From the NCBI RefSeq assembly GCF_006345805.1, contig NC_043016.1, forward strand, positions 496,001 to 560,000: a stretch of 64,000 nucleotides of DNA, written 5' to 3'. The DNA is from Octopus sinensis (lineage: Eukaryota). Under the pieces are notes generated by a model. The model did not search any database. It saw only the letters and a list, made by a program, of their open reading frames with translations, and was not told where the DNA came from. Made by a program: the position numbers and the translations under genes. Within the stretch, counting starts at the first letter, position 1; each line of letters begins with the position of its first letter. This document shows, in pieces, positions 12,946 through 25,432 of the stretch.

Positions 12946-13341
12946 CTAGCAGTATCGCCCAGCGTTGCTCGGGTTTGTAAGGGAAATAACTATATAAGCA
13001 TTTTTAGAGAATTATAGTAAAAAAATAGGAAAAAAATGCATTAAAAATGGAAAAAAAATTAAGGTAAATTTCTTTTTAAATCGTTGACACATCGTAGATA
13101 TTTTTAGAGAGTTACTTCCCTTATATAATAGCGAAAAAAATGCATTAAAATGGAAAAATATTATGGTAATTTTTTAAAATCGTAGACTCATCGTAGACGC
13201 GCGCTAATACCCAGAAGGGCTCGATATGACTCACGACTATAAGATACCCGGTTTTGGTTACACTGCACCGCAAAATGTGGGAGTAGTTAGGAATCTAAAT
13301 CGTAGGAGACAGACACACAACTTCACTCTTATATATAAAGA
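12946..13341 (-). mobile_element. Non-autonomous Helitron H2, inserted into the 5' TA-rich end of H1
   Basis: 5' a|TCTTTATATATAAGAG; 3' CCCGAGCAACGCTGGG hairpin then CGATACTGCTAG|t; A/T target, no TSD. Confidence 0.8.
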
Positions 13342-14433
13342 TATAAGTCACGTAGTTATATACACATACTTTGTTAATACACATTCTTAAAAGAAAATGT
13401 TATTTTGAATACAACATTTATAAAGAATAAAATATTTTTTGGTTTTTCTTAACCCTTTCGTACTATTATTTCTGACCAAATCACACCCCTTATGTGTTTC
13501 AATTAATTTCTAACGTAATCATAAATTTAGTCTGGTTTCATTAAACAACAATAACTTTTTTATTTATCAATATATTAATCTGATTTTTGGAAGATAATTT
13601 AATGAAATGTCCTCAACCAATTCTATACTATAATTTTTGTCACAAAGTGACTCTAATTGCAGGTAGATACAGGTTAAATTCAACAATATATAAAATATTA
13701 GAATTTTGTTCAAACATCGCTATAGAAAATGGGTTATTAGCTAATATTCAATGGGTATACAACAAAATTTTACGATAGAATTTGTTATTCTGGGTAACTT
13801 TCTGATACCCATAACAATATTTATGGCAAAATAGGCTTAATTCATTTAGGTTGTGGGAAATAACAAACTATCCTTTCTTTCGTTTTGTTTACGTTTAGGC
13901 TTAACGGTTCGTTTCTGCCGTAATGATTTCAAATGGGTCATTCGAAAGAGTAAATAGAATAGTTTAAGGCTTTACTCTTCTGGGAAAGTCTGTGGCTTGG
14001 TGCAGTTTCTTCAGAAAAAATCACCGAAGAAACAGTTTTTAAATTTTCACTCCATTCAAGTACCCAATTCATTTTCTTTATCGCTGTCGGATTCACTGTT
14101 TTTACTTTAATAGCTGCAAACTTGCAAAGACAAAGGAGGAGAAGGGTGATAGCGTCAGTGAAACAGTTCGCTCCGTTTGTGTGTGCGTGCGTTTGCGTGT
14201 GATGTATCCCACACTAAGAAAAACATTTGACATATACACCACAATGTAAGTTTTCTCTAAATTTTGCTTAATTGGGGTTGAAATTTTAAAAACTGGACCT
14301 GGCACGACCCGATGCATTCTACTCTTAAAAATGCTAGGTAAATTGTAATTGAAGAAATCCTATATTGTAGATTTCTATAAGATACAAAGGGAGGCAGATA
14401 AAATCTGCCTTTTATAATAAGAGATATATAGAT

Positions 14434-14953
14434 GTTCTGATGCAATATCAGACAGTAACTCTCACGGCTTTTGATCTTAACTGATTGGATGTGTTATCAT
14501 GTACATTGTTTTGTCTTGGTATAAAAGATGGGCTACAGCAAATATTCTGCTCAATACTGCACATTTGCATATCAGTTGTTTGACCATAACCACTTGAGCA
14601 GAAGTAGTGAGGGAGCATCATAGCTATGTGTTGAGAGGAATTTTTTGGGGCTTGAATAATTCATCTCTAGAAACATTGGTGTTTCCTTCAACATTCTTAA
14701 ACAAATCTTATTCAGGGGCCTTTTGAGTGGGATGAGCTACTCGATCTGAAGAAAATTATAACTGGGCCTTACCTGCAATGTCGTACGCTATTATCTTGAT
14801 ATAAGACCACCATGTTGCGTACATATGGTAGTGATGCATGTGCTTGATGTACCCATATCAGATGGGTAGTCATGATGGGTATATTGGGCTTCGTATAATT
14901 GTACCTGTGTCACTTTGATGGCATGCTCTACTCTCTCGCTATCTCTCTCAGTC
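14434..14953 (+). mobile_element. N560 element, diverged copy with an internal deletion
   Basis: Collinear with 31788-32342; followed by (CAAT)(AAC)(AAT)n and then family-A R4. Confidence 0.8.
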
Positions 14954-14999
14954 AATCAATCAATCAATCAATAAAAACAACAACAACAACAACAACAAC

Positions 15000-15073
<74 letters not shown>

Positions 15074-15134
15074 TAATATAATAATAATAATAATAATGAG
15101 CCTAATGATTATGATAATATAAAAAATAATAATC

Positions 15135-18100
15135 AAAGAACTGAAAACCACAGAGCTCAAAATGGACCAACGACCATACCTCCCAAGAATCAAAATAAAC
15201 GAAATAACAACACCTATTATAAACAGCATAAACCTAGCCGGACTGAACTGATAGCCACTGAATAAAAAAAAGTGATATATCACTGAGCTAAATAACCTAA
15301 TATACGCAGCAGCCACTGCAGCCACAAAAGAAGCTGGATACTCACCCAAACCCGCCCAAACAGGAGTACCACCACCCAAACAAACCCTGTGGATAAATAA
15401 CATCCAAAGTAAATAAAAAAATTTAGAAAAGACCTGTCGATTCTTAATGACATCAGCACAACAATCAACGCTACTGAGCAACAAAAGGAAGAACGAAAAT
15501 ACTCCGCAAATATAACATCACAGAGAAAGATTTGCCTGAAATAAAAGAAAACTGAAGCAAGATATCCTTGCCAAAGCACAAAGGATCCGCCGGTACAGAA
15601 ACGCCAACGCTTCTTTGAAGAAAACAAAAAGTCCAACTCCAACCCCAAAAAGTTTCTACCAAGAACTTGGCGGCAAAAATAAAATAGAGTCACTGCAGCA
15701 CCAACGGCAGAAGAATTGGAGAATTCTGGAGAGAAATATGGTCGGCGAACGAACCACCAAAAAAAAAGGAGTGTATGAAAATAACAAACTCGGCATCTGA
15801 ACAACTTTTGACCCCCCATAACAACTGAAGAGGTCACCCAGGCACTGCAAAGACTAAGCAACTGGAAGGCACCTGGGCATGACAAGATCCCCAACTTCTG
15901 GTTGAAATATCTAACAGAATGCACAAAAGCTGGCTGGTGAAAAACTTTAACAACGTACTAGCGAGCCAGAGACAATGCCTGAATGGCTCACGAAGGGGAA
16001 AAACCATCTTAATTCCAAAAATCAAATGAAAACAGAAAAAACAGAAAACTACAGACCAATAACCTGCCTCCCTACTATGTTCAAGGCATTTACTGCAGTG
16101 ATATCACAAAGGCTGAACAAGCACCTGGACGAAAACAAACTGTTCGCAGAAGAGCAGAAAGGATGCCGCAAAGGCTCATATGGCTGTAAAGATCAACTAA
16201 TGATTAATAAAGCCATAACTGAAGACAGCCACAGAAAAGAAGAAAGGCCTCAGTATGGCCTGGATTGACTACAAAAGGCGTTTGATAGCATCCCCCACAA
16301 CATGGATCCTCTAAACACTAGCCATTAACAAGTAGCACCAACAATCATAAAATTCATAGAGCACTCTATGAATAAATGGCAAACAGTCCTACACCTCCAA
16401 ACAAAAGAGGCACTCATGAAAACCAAGACATCCCCATTAGAAGAGGAATATTCCAGGGAGACACGCTCTCTCCACTCCTTTTCTGCTTGGCACTGTCACC
16501 TCTATCTGATATGCTAAATAGAACTGATGCGGATATAAATGTTACGGGTAAAACGATCAGCACCTTTGATATATGGATTACCTAAAAACTATACGCTGCA
16601 AATGACAAACAGCTGGAAACACTATTAAAGACAGTTCATGGATTTACCAAAGAAATAGATATGAAATTGGATTAGAAAATGCGCCAAAGTAACCATGAAA
16701 AAGAGGAAAACTAGTTAAGAGTAACAACATCACACTAGATAAAACCAATGAATAAAAGAATTAGACCAAAGCCAAACTTACAAATACTTAGGGAATCCAT
16801 GAACTAGATAAGACACAACACACAAATGAAAGAGGAAATAAAAAAAGAATATTATAGACGAGTTAGACCAATACTAAACACAGAGCTCAATGCTAATAAA
16901 AACAAGATAATAGGTATCAACACTTTAGCTGTTCCAGTTATAAGTTACAGCTAACAAATCCTTAACTGGACACGAAATGAATGACCAAAATAGATAGGAA
17001 AACAAGAAAAATAATGACAGGATCTAGGATGCATCACCCAAAATCTGACATAGAAAGACTATATATACAACGTATAGAAGGTGGTAGAGGCCTTATACAG
17101 CTGGAAAACTACTATAAAATAACCACCATAGGACTGCAAAAATATCTACTTCAGAAGGAAGGAAAACTGATCCCGATAGCGGCAAAACACGAGCAAAACA
17201 AAAAACTGTTCTCAGTATTTAAGGAAGCTGACAATACAAACAAGAAATCATACCACCTAATAAACATGAAGAAGAAGAAGAAGATGGAGAAACAACAAAA
17301 GCTATAAAACAAATGAAATCCAAACTAAAAATAGAAACAGCAACGAACCATGATAAAACGATGGCAAGAAAAGGCCCCTTCATGGTAAATACTGGACTAA
17401 ACTAAACGCAAAAGAAATAGACAAAGAAAAAATCAGCAATGGTTGAGAAGCTCAGGACTCAAAGCAGAAACAGAGGGATTTTTAATTGCAGCACCAGACC
17501 AAAGCCTCCCCACCAGAAATTACAAAACATGTAATGAAACGAAATATTACAAGTAACTGCAGAATATGTGGAGATGGACAAGAAACAATAAATCATATTA
17601 TCTCTAGCTGCCCAGTCCTGGCTAAGAAGGAATATATTCACAGACAGACAGAGTTGGAACCTACATACATTGAAGCTATGCCAACATTATGGAAAACACA
17701 CAGAGAAAAAGATGGTATAGGCACACCAGAAAAGGTCACAGAAAACGAGAAAGCAACCATACTCTGGGATATGCCGATACACACAGAAGACAAATTAAGG
17801 CCAACAGACCAGATATAGTTGTCAGAGACCATGAAGAAAAAATGCTTTCTAATTGATGTATCAATACCGGCTGATGACAACGTGTCTCTAACAGAAATGG
17901 AGAATCTCTCAAAATACAAAGACCTGGAAAATAGAGGTGGTAATTAGAATGTTGGAATCCGAAAACAGCAGAAACAATTCCTATCATAGTAGGTGCATTA
18001 GGCATGATAAAAAATATTCAAGACAAATACATAACAAAAACACCAGGACTTACAAAACACATATAACATACAGAAAATTGCACTACTAGGCACTGCCACA

Positions 18101-18231
18101 CATCCTACGCGGAACACTTTCCATACAGTAACCATCAGAGCATCACAACAAATCACAGCACATACCCAAGGCACACAGAGCTGCGCTCGGTAGTGAAGTG
18201 AAAGCACACGCTATAAGAAATAAAACTACTG
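15135..18231 (+). mobile_element. R4/Dong-clade LINE family A, ~3.1 kb, 5'-truncated and frameshifted
   Basis: WKAPGHDKIPNFWLK; NYRPITCLPTMFK; [20 protein letters not shown]; RGIFQGDTLSPLLF; RMHHPKSDIERLYIQR..GGRGL; CRICGDGQETINHIISSCP; RPDIVVRD..IDVSIP; flanked by (AAT)n on both sides. Confidence 0.92.
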
Positions 18232-18250
18232 AATAATAATAATACTAATA

Positions 18251-18290
<40 letters not shown>

Positions 18291-18320
18291 TAAGAAATAA
18301 TAATAATAATATAATAATAA

Positions 18321-20519
18321 CCTTTTATTTATTAACCACTTGATACTTCATATAAAGAATTGCGGATGATACAGCACAATACAAAGCGGGTGGGATTGGA
18401 ACATGTAAATAAGGAAAACAATAAAAAGTTATAACAAGTAAATCCTTAAAAAAGGGTAACTTCTTAGGGTTGCTTGTAGAAATCCCACAAAAGCCACGAT
18501 CGCCCTGACCTCTAGGACATGTGCCCTCTCCTTTTCATCTAACCTTGATCTTGAGCCGTATGCTTTGAGTAGGCCCGTTCACTCGGGCCATAGACGCTAC
18601 ATTCATCGGCCTTTTGAGAAAATTGCTGGAAGGTTGCACTTTCCTCTCTATCCTCACTTTCATTTTCAAGTGGAACTTGAAAAAAATTGATGAAAGTTTG
18701 GCCAAAGAGGAAAGTGACTGTCTTTAGCCCTTCCAATCTGGTCCATCACGCAACCTACTTCGCTAAGGCCACCAAACAGAGAAACACCACCTGCCCTTCC
18801 TGGTCAAAGGAAGGCGAAGGGACGGTCTTCACGCTGGACTCAGCCGAAAACAGGATTCGTTCTACACGTGACAGCAGGTGTTCGGCATAAACCCACAAGT
18901 TAGTAAAGCTCGGGCACTGGATGAAAGCGTACAGAACAGATTCGTCGCTCTTCGTGTATCTCGGACTGGCCCGGCTGACGGCACTTGTGTACCTGTAGAG
19001 TTTATTCTGACCTGGCAATGCCCCTTGGTAGCACTGCCAAGTCAAGGATTTCTGGAAGTTATCTCGAAAGTCCTCCGGGACAGAATAATCAACTCATTCT
19101 CGTCGACGCCCAGAGTTTCACTGAGAACGTCGTCGCATTTGCCCGCCATTAGACCTCTATAAAAAAAACCTGAGTGGAACTTCCACCGACGGCATTGTCC
19201 ACTGACAGAGGGCTGTGAGCGCCTGATGACACTCTAGGTGCCAGGTGACCAGGCTCGGCCTGCGTTTGATTCAGGACCGCAGCTCAGTCAAAGAGATGAG
19301 CTGAGGGAAATCGTGTCTCACAAAAGGCCTATACACTTGCTCACCGTTTAAGAAGCGCTGGAGATGTAGCCTCACTGCATGTCTGCGCATCAACAGCTAC
19401 GGGTATTGACAGCAAATGGAACGCCTGACAAGTGGAACGCATTCCTTCCCCAGGAAGCGGAAAAAGGACGCACTCCAGTTTGGTTAGACGTAAACTGAGG
19501 CAAAACACAACGATAAGGCGATAATATGACTGAGTCAATGTATGCGTTCGCCATTTCTGCCCGGCCTTTCAGGGATAGCTTTCTGTCGGCCAATTTCTGG
19601 GTGATTTTGGTCATCCTACTCGTCACATCGTTCTAGTTCTTCTCCACCTGGAAATCTGGACCGAACCAGACACTGAGTAATTTATCCTGGCCTTCCGTCC
19701 AGCGTCCTACGATGGACCTACCTCTTCAGGTGCCGAGCTGCAAGTCCACACTTTTCTGACTAATTTTAGCTACTGTCACCGCCTCATACTTTTAGAGCAG
19801 TGCCAACCAGGTCTATGCGCTTGCTGTTCGACGTATGCCAATACAGTTCTCTCATGTCCTATTTCGCGCGGGATGCCGCTCAACACCTTCAATTTCCGCA
19901 GTAGTGGCTCTAAAGCTAGTAAATACAGAAGAGACGAGAGTGGGCATCTTTGACGGACCGAACGCATAATGCTGAATGATTCCGACAGGTACCCATTCAT
20001 CCGAACTACCAAGCAAATGTCGCTGTACATAACAGTTATCCAATTACAGAAAACGGGATCGAAACCGGCTACCGTGAGAACGGCTGCCAAGTATTTGTGA
20101 TTGATCCTATCGAAGGCTTTGGATTGATCTAAATTGGTCAAAGTACCACCTATGCCTGCTTCCTTACCTACCCTGTCTATTATGTATCGCAATTGAGGGT
20201 TTCGCTTGGGATTGCGCATGCTTGCGCATCACCAATCGGTTCCTTGACAAGTGCCAACCTCTTTGCTAATACCTTGGCCCAATATATGCGTTCAGCAGCG
20301 TTATGGGCGGAATATTTTCTATTTGGTCCCCTTTGTTTGGGTCCTTTCTTAGCAGTGTTACTGCTCTTTGGCTCACAGAGTTAGGAATTCTCCCGTTCTA
20401 CTGCCAGTTGCAATAGATATGTTAAGTGGCCACCAAACAAGTCTGGCATATATAATAGTAAATCTCGTAGGGCAGACCATCCAAACGAGGCAATTTACTC
20501 CTCGTGCAGCACATCACAT
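18321..20519 (-). mobile_element. Tx1/L1-clade LINE, ORF2 3' half, degenerate
   Basis: KLPRLDGLPYE; VTLLRKDPNKG..PITLLNA; NLDQSKAFDRINH; SVRQRCPLSSLLYLLALEPLLRKL; LSLKGRAEMAN; WQCYQGALP..ESVLYAFIQCP; AATAAA at the 3' end. Confidence 0.85.
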
Positions 20520-20599
20520 AATGATGATGATGATGATGATGATGATAATAATACTATAACAACAACAACAAACAACAACAATAATAATGATAATAATAA

Positions 20600-20810
20600 T
20601 AGATAATATGAAGAGCGCGATACGATTGCAATAGATATTTTATTGGATAAACGATATTTCGACAGCAAGCCTGTCTTTGTCGAGTTCAAAATGGAAAGTA
20701 ATAAAAATTCAAAACTATAGAAATTCAAATCCAAAATATGAACGAGAGCAACCAGTGTTCACACTGATGATGTCATTCCACCAAAGTGTGAACGCTGGTT
20801 GCTCCCGGCA
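20600..20810 (-). mobile_element. Penelope-like terminal remnant with a decayed hammerhead core and a 20-bp stem-loop
   Basis: Minus strand CTCGACAA-AGACAG-GCTTG-CTGTC-GAAA-TATCG...AATAAA (20641-20684); inverted repeat 20746-20765/20785-20804. Confidence 0.45.
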
Positions 20811-21089
20811 GGATAAAAAAGGGATGTCAGAAACAACTAGATAACTTCTTACGAGAAGAATATCTGAAAGAATACCAAGTGATTGTGTAGACAAGTACCA
20901 AACACATCCTTAGAAAAACCTTTTCAATTTAAATGTTTGAGTTGTGTTGTTATTAAATAAGTGTATTTCTGTACAGCTCCCCTCATTCCATTTCCACAAA
21001 CTTTTATATATATCTAAAGGTTTCTTTAGCTTCACTCGCCCCAAGGTACTAGATGTGATCCGGCAAGTGATTGCATCGGACATGCAGAT

Positions 21090-21510
21090 AAAAACTATAT
21101 AAAACAGGAAATAAAGACCTCATCGTTCTTTAGGACTTTAGCGTTCAAATTGATCGATCTATTCACGGCAATAGACCAGATTTTATGGTAACATTGACAA
21201 AACATGTTTACTCATAGATATGTCAATCCCAGCAGACTGGAACACTTCTGTAAAATCAATTGAAAAGTTAAGTACATTCTCTTCTTAGATGCTACATTTT
21301 GAAATAGAGGTTTCAAAAATGCAGCATCTAAGAACAACAACAATTGTAACTGTGATCGTTAGAGCTTTGAGGACAATATCAAATGGCGCTCTGAAACACT
21401 ATGACCAAATAACAGGAAACTCCAAAGTATTAGAACTACAAAAAATTATTCTAATGGGTCTGTCCACATCCAAAGAAAAAACCGTCAACTTAAAAACATC
21501 TTAATCTTTA
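21090..21510 (+). mobile_element. Old R4/Dong-clade endonuclease-domain fragment, family-B-like
   Basis: GNRPDFMV..LLIDMSIPAD..EIEVSKM..VTVIVRAL..LQKIILMG. Confidence 0.7.
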
Positions 21511-21575
21511 ATGGTCATGGTCTTTCAATATCGCATATATTACAACAAGCTTTAAGCGGAATCTTAGTTCTCAGT

Positions 21576-21942
21576 TTCGTTTTTGGATTTGGTTTGCAAG
21601 ATTCTTTATATGAGATCGTGTGTTGAAGCATATTCTGTTGTGTCTGGGGAGAGTCATTTTCTTTTTGTGCCTTATTATGTAACACACTCACCGGTAAAAT
21701 TTCCATTTTTTTCTTATTTTTATTGTCCTAAAATTTTCGTTGCGTCTTGCAAACTTTTCAATAGTTTTGACTCAATAGTTTTGACATATACGACATGTTT
21801 TGAGTCAAAATTATTGAAAAGGTTGCGAGACGTAACGAAAAATTTAGGAAAATAAAAATAAGAAAAACGTGGATATTTTACCGGTGAGTGTGTTGCATTA
21901 TAAGGCACAAAAAGAAAATGACTCTCCCCAGACACAATAGAA
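21576..21942. mobile_element. Asymmetric foldback element (57-bp leader plus ~140-bp inverted arms) with a 12-bp TSD
   Basis: Arms 21633-~21775 and ~21800-21942; TTAGTTCTCAGT duplicated at 21564-21575 and 21943-21954; relative at 41236-41412. Confidence 0.75.
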
Positions 21943-22029
21943 TTAGTTCTCAGTATTGACTCCTTTTCCGAAATAGATATCATTGATAATGAATAATACC
22001 AAGAGCAAACCGCCCAACTTGCTGTTTTC

Positions 22030-22201
22030 TAATGATAAAGTATATTGGAATTGAAAACCACATTGTCGATCTGCAAGGAAAGTGTTTTTCTGTAATTCTT
22101 CAAACCTTTGAGAAAATTCTCTTGAGATTCGAAGAGTTTTATTTCAACCAAACCTCGCGACAATACCCCTGCTAAATGAACTAGCATGTAATAACTCCCT
22201 G

Positions 22202-22270
<69 letters not shown>

Positions 22271-22322
22271 CATGACCACCGCCACCACCAGTACCATCAC
22301 TACTACCACCACCACCACCACC

Positions 22323-22404
<82 letters not shown>

Positions 22405-23150
22405 TCAGCAGTAGCAGCAGCAACAACAACAACATTGCAATACTACGTATTAATCGAGTAGATATCAAAGAAATTGGAAAAATTGAAAAATGTGTATCGG
22501 CAAAAGAAGCGAACATCACCGAAGAAACCATAAAACAGGCGCGTTCGAACACAATCGAAGAGAAATAAATATCTTCCATGGTAATTGTTCTGTCAAGTAA
22601 GATAATTTCTTGCCAAACTACATATCGTCGATATCAGAAATATAGTGGAATCATTTAGAGGCTTTTTTGAAACCTGTGAGGTATTGGTATCCTATTGTTC
22701 GTTTATTACGATAGAACTGGATAACAACAACAACAGCAACAGCAATAATGATAATAGTAGTAGTAGCAATGATAATGATGATTATGATTATGATGATGAT
22801 GATATGATTACAAAGGATAAAAGAAAACGAATTGTGTAAGATCTTATTTCGCAGTAACATTATAGTAATAAAATGGATACCGAAGAAATTGAAAATATTA
22901 GGAAATATCAGGACCTAGCTAGAAAGATGAAGAAGATTGTGGAAGAATAAGACAACAATTATTTCTGTAGTAATTGGTATATTTGGCACAACACCCAAAA
23001 TGCTATCTAAAAAACTGAAAGACATTGAAATTGAAACTCGCATGGTCGATCTCCAGTAAAGTACTATCCTATATTCTGCAAGAATCGTGAGAAAGATTCG
23101 TGAAATTTGAAGAGACTTGTCACCGAAATTCAAGATATCACTTCTTCTCA
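22030..23150 (+). mobile_element. Cluster of old R4/Dong-clade 3' fragments (22030-22200, 22440-22650, 22810-23150) separated by (CTA/CCA/AAC/GAT)n
   Basis: KYQDLA..TTIISVVIGIFGTTPKML..DLQ*STILYSARI; the 22050 piece resembles 23030-23140. Confidence 0.6.
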
Positions 23151-23290
23151 TTAAATTAGCGAGTGATAGCTATATAAAAATAATATTGAGGATGAAGTAA
23201 GGATGAAATAGCACATAGCTACGTATGAACATAATGAGTAGAAATTTACTAAATGTGTATAATCTATGCACCTTTGTTATTCTTAGACTG

Positions 23291-23519
23291 TATTCTTTAT
23301 TGCCCACAAGAAGCGAAACATAGAAGTGACCAACAAGGACAGACAAAGGAATTAAGTCGATTATATCGACCCCAGTGCGTAACTGGTACTTAATTTATCG
23401 ACCCCGAAAGGATGAAAGGCAAAGTCGACCTCGGCCAAATTTGAACTCAGAACGTAACGGCAGACGAAATACCACTAAGCATTTCGCCCGACGTGCTAAC
23501 GTTTCTGCCAGCTCGCCGC
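23291..23519 (-). mobile_element. SINE S1, b-type tail
   Basis: Near-consensus reverse complement of 9781-10006. Confidence 0.9.
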
Positions 23520-23929
23520 TTAGACTTTCAACTTCTAACCCCGCAATGACTGATCTAGAAATGATTATCTCCCTTACAATAAATCGCCGAGTGAGCAAAC
23601 CACGTGATCAAATTGTAATAATTCTGGTTATCGAATTGGTGAGATTGCTGAGTACAGAAGACTGGAAATGATTAGCCGTAAATAAGCTTTACTCTTCTAA
23701 GAACGAGGGTATGTTATTCGTCGTTAGGGTTAGGGTTTCAGTCGCGAACCTTCCTGATCATGAATCAGCGATGTTTAAATATTACTTCAAAGCCTCGTTT
23801 TCGACTCGCTAGTGAGCCTCATTTTTGACTGGCTGGCGAGCCACGTTTTCGACTGGCTGGTTAAAGGATAGAAATGACTGAGTAGTATTAATAACAGTAA
23901 TTATTACCATACAGTAATAAATAATAATA

Positions 23930-24076
23930 ATAATAGATAATGGTAATAATAATAATAAGAATAATGGTAATATTAATAATAATAATAATGATAATAATTA
24001 TATAATAATAATAATAATAATGATAATAATAATAATAATAATAAAAATGATAATAATAATAATAATAATAATAATG

Positions 24077-24119
<43 letters not shown>

Positions 24120-24158
24120 TATTAATAATAATAATAATAATAAATAATAATGATGATA

Positions 24159-24213
<55 letters not shown>

Positions 24214-24286
24214 TAATAATAAAGGTAATAATGATAATAATAATAATAATAATAAATAATAATAATAATAATAATAATAATGAATA

Positions 24287-24317
<31 letters not shown>

Positions 24318-24356
24318 GGTAAATTAATAATAATAATAATGATAATAATAATAATA

Positions 24357-24408
<52 letters not shown>

Positions 24409-24415
24409 TCTTTCT
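23930..24415. repeat. (AAT)n tract
   Basis: Seen directly. Confidence 0.95.
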
Positions 24416-24419
24416 AATA

Positions 24420-24847
24420 TTGTCACAAAACCTGAAAATTTGGAATATGAGACCAGTTGATTGCGACGACCTCAGTATTAGACTGGTATCATATTTTATT
24501 GACTCCGGAAGGATGAAAGGTAAAGTGGATCTCGACGGAATTTGAACTCATAACGTAAAGACGGATGGTAAAAGCATGAAGATTCTCTGTTCCCTTTATA
24601 AAATGGTCAAAAGGACGAGCTGCAAGACTTTGGCTAGAAGAATTAGAAAGCTGCTCGCAATGCACAACACTCTCAGAAAAGTACCATCCCATATTCTGCA
24701 AGAATCCTTGAGATTTAAGATTTATTGTTACCAAAATTCACGATAGCATTCCTGCTAATTAACATGTACTGGCTTTTGATGATGATGATGGTGATGATAA
24801 TAATGATAACAGTAATAGTAGTAGTAGTAGTTGCGTAGTAGTAGTAA

Positions 24848-24880
<33 letters not shown>

Positions 24881-25432
24881 CAGTAGTAGTAGTAGTAGTA
24901 GAAGTAGTAGTATAGTAGTAGTAGTATAGTATAGTAAGTAGTGTAGTAGTATAGTAAGTAGTAGCAGTAGTAGTAGTCAGTAGCAGCAGCTGAATCAGTT
25001 AGCAGCAGCAGCAGCAGTCAGTATAGTAGTAGTAATTTTGAATTTTGGCACAAGGCCAGCAAATTTAAGGAAGGATGCTAGTCGATTGCATCAACATAAA
25101 TACTTAACTTGTACTTATTTTGAACTCGGTGGAATTTGAACTCAAAACGTAGTAAGTCGGAAGAAATAACGCTAGACATTTTGTCCGACACTCCAAAGAT
25201 TCTTCCAGCTCACTACCTTAATTTTTTAAAATTTTGGTACAAATACATAAATTTTTACGGTAGAGGGCTTGTCAATTACATCGAACCCAGTACTCAACAG
25301 CTACTTTATTTTATCGACTCCCAAAGGATGAAAGGCAAAGTCGACCTTGGCAGAATTTGAACTCAAAACCTAAAGAACAGGAAGGGAAGCCGTTTCACAT
25401 TTTGTTCGACGATTTTGCCAACTCGCCGTCTG
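24420..25432 (-). mobile_element. Three decayed minus-strand S1 copies (24420-24570, 25035-25220, 25225-25432), a short plus-strand R4 3' tip (24620-24770) and an (AGT)n tract
   Basis: GGATGAAAGG..AAAGTCGACC..GAATTTGAACTC motifs; AAAGTACCATCCCATATTCTGCAAGAATC resembles 23055-23090. Confidence 0.65.

Noticed and set aside
13449-13470. TTAA-CCCTTTCG piggyBac-like left end
   Set aside because: No matching right TIR found nearby.
20764-20771. CTGATGA words here and at ~42768 as hammerhead cores
   Set aside because: Not followed by a stem II and GAAA.
23791-23830. ATGA-GGCTC..GAGTC-GAAA on the minus strand as a hammerhead
   Set aside because: CUG is missing and the pattern is explained by the local 23-nt tandem repeat.
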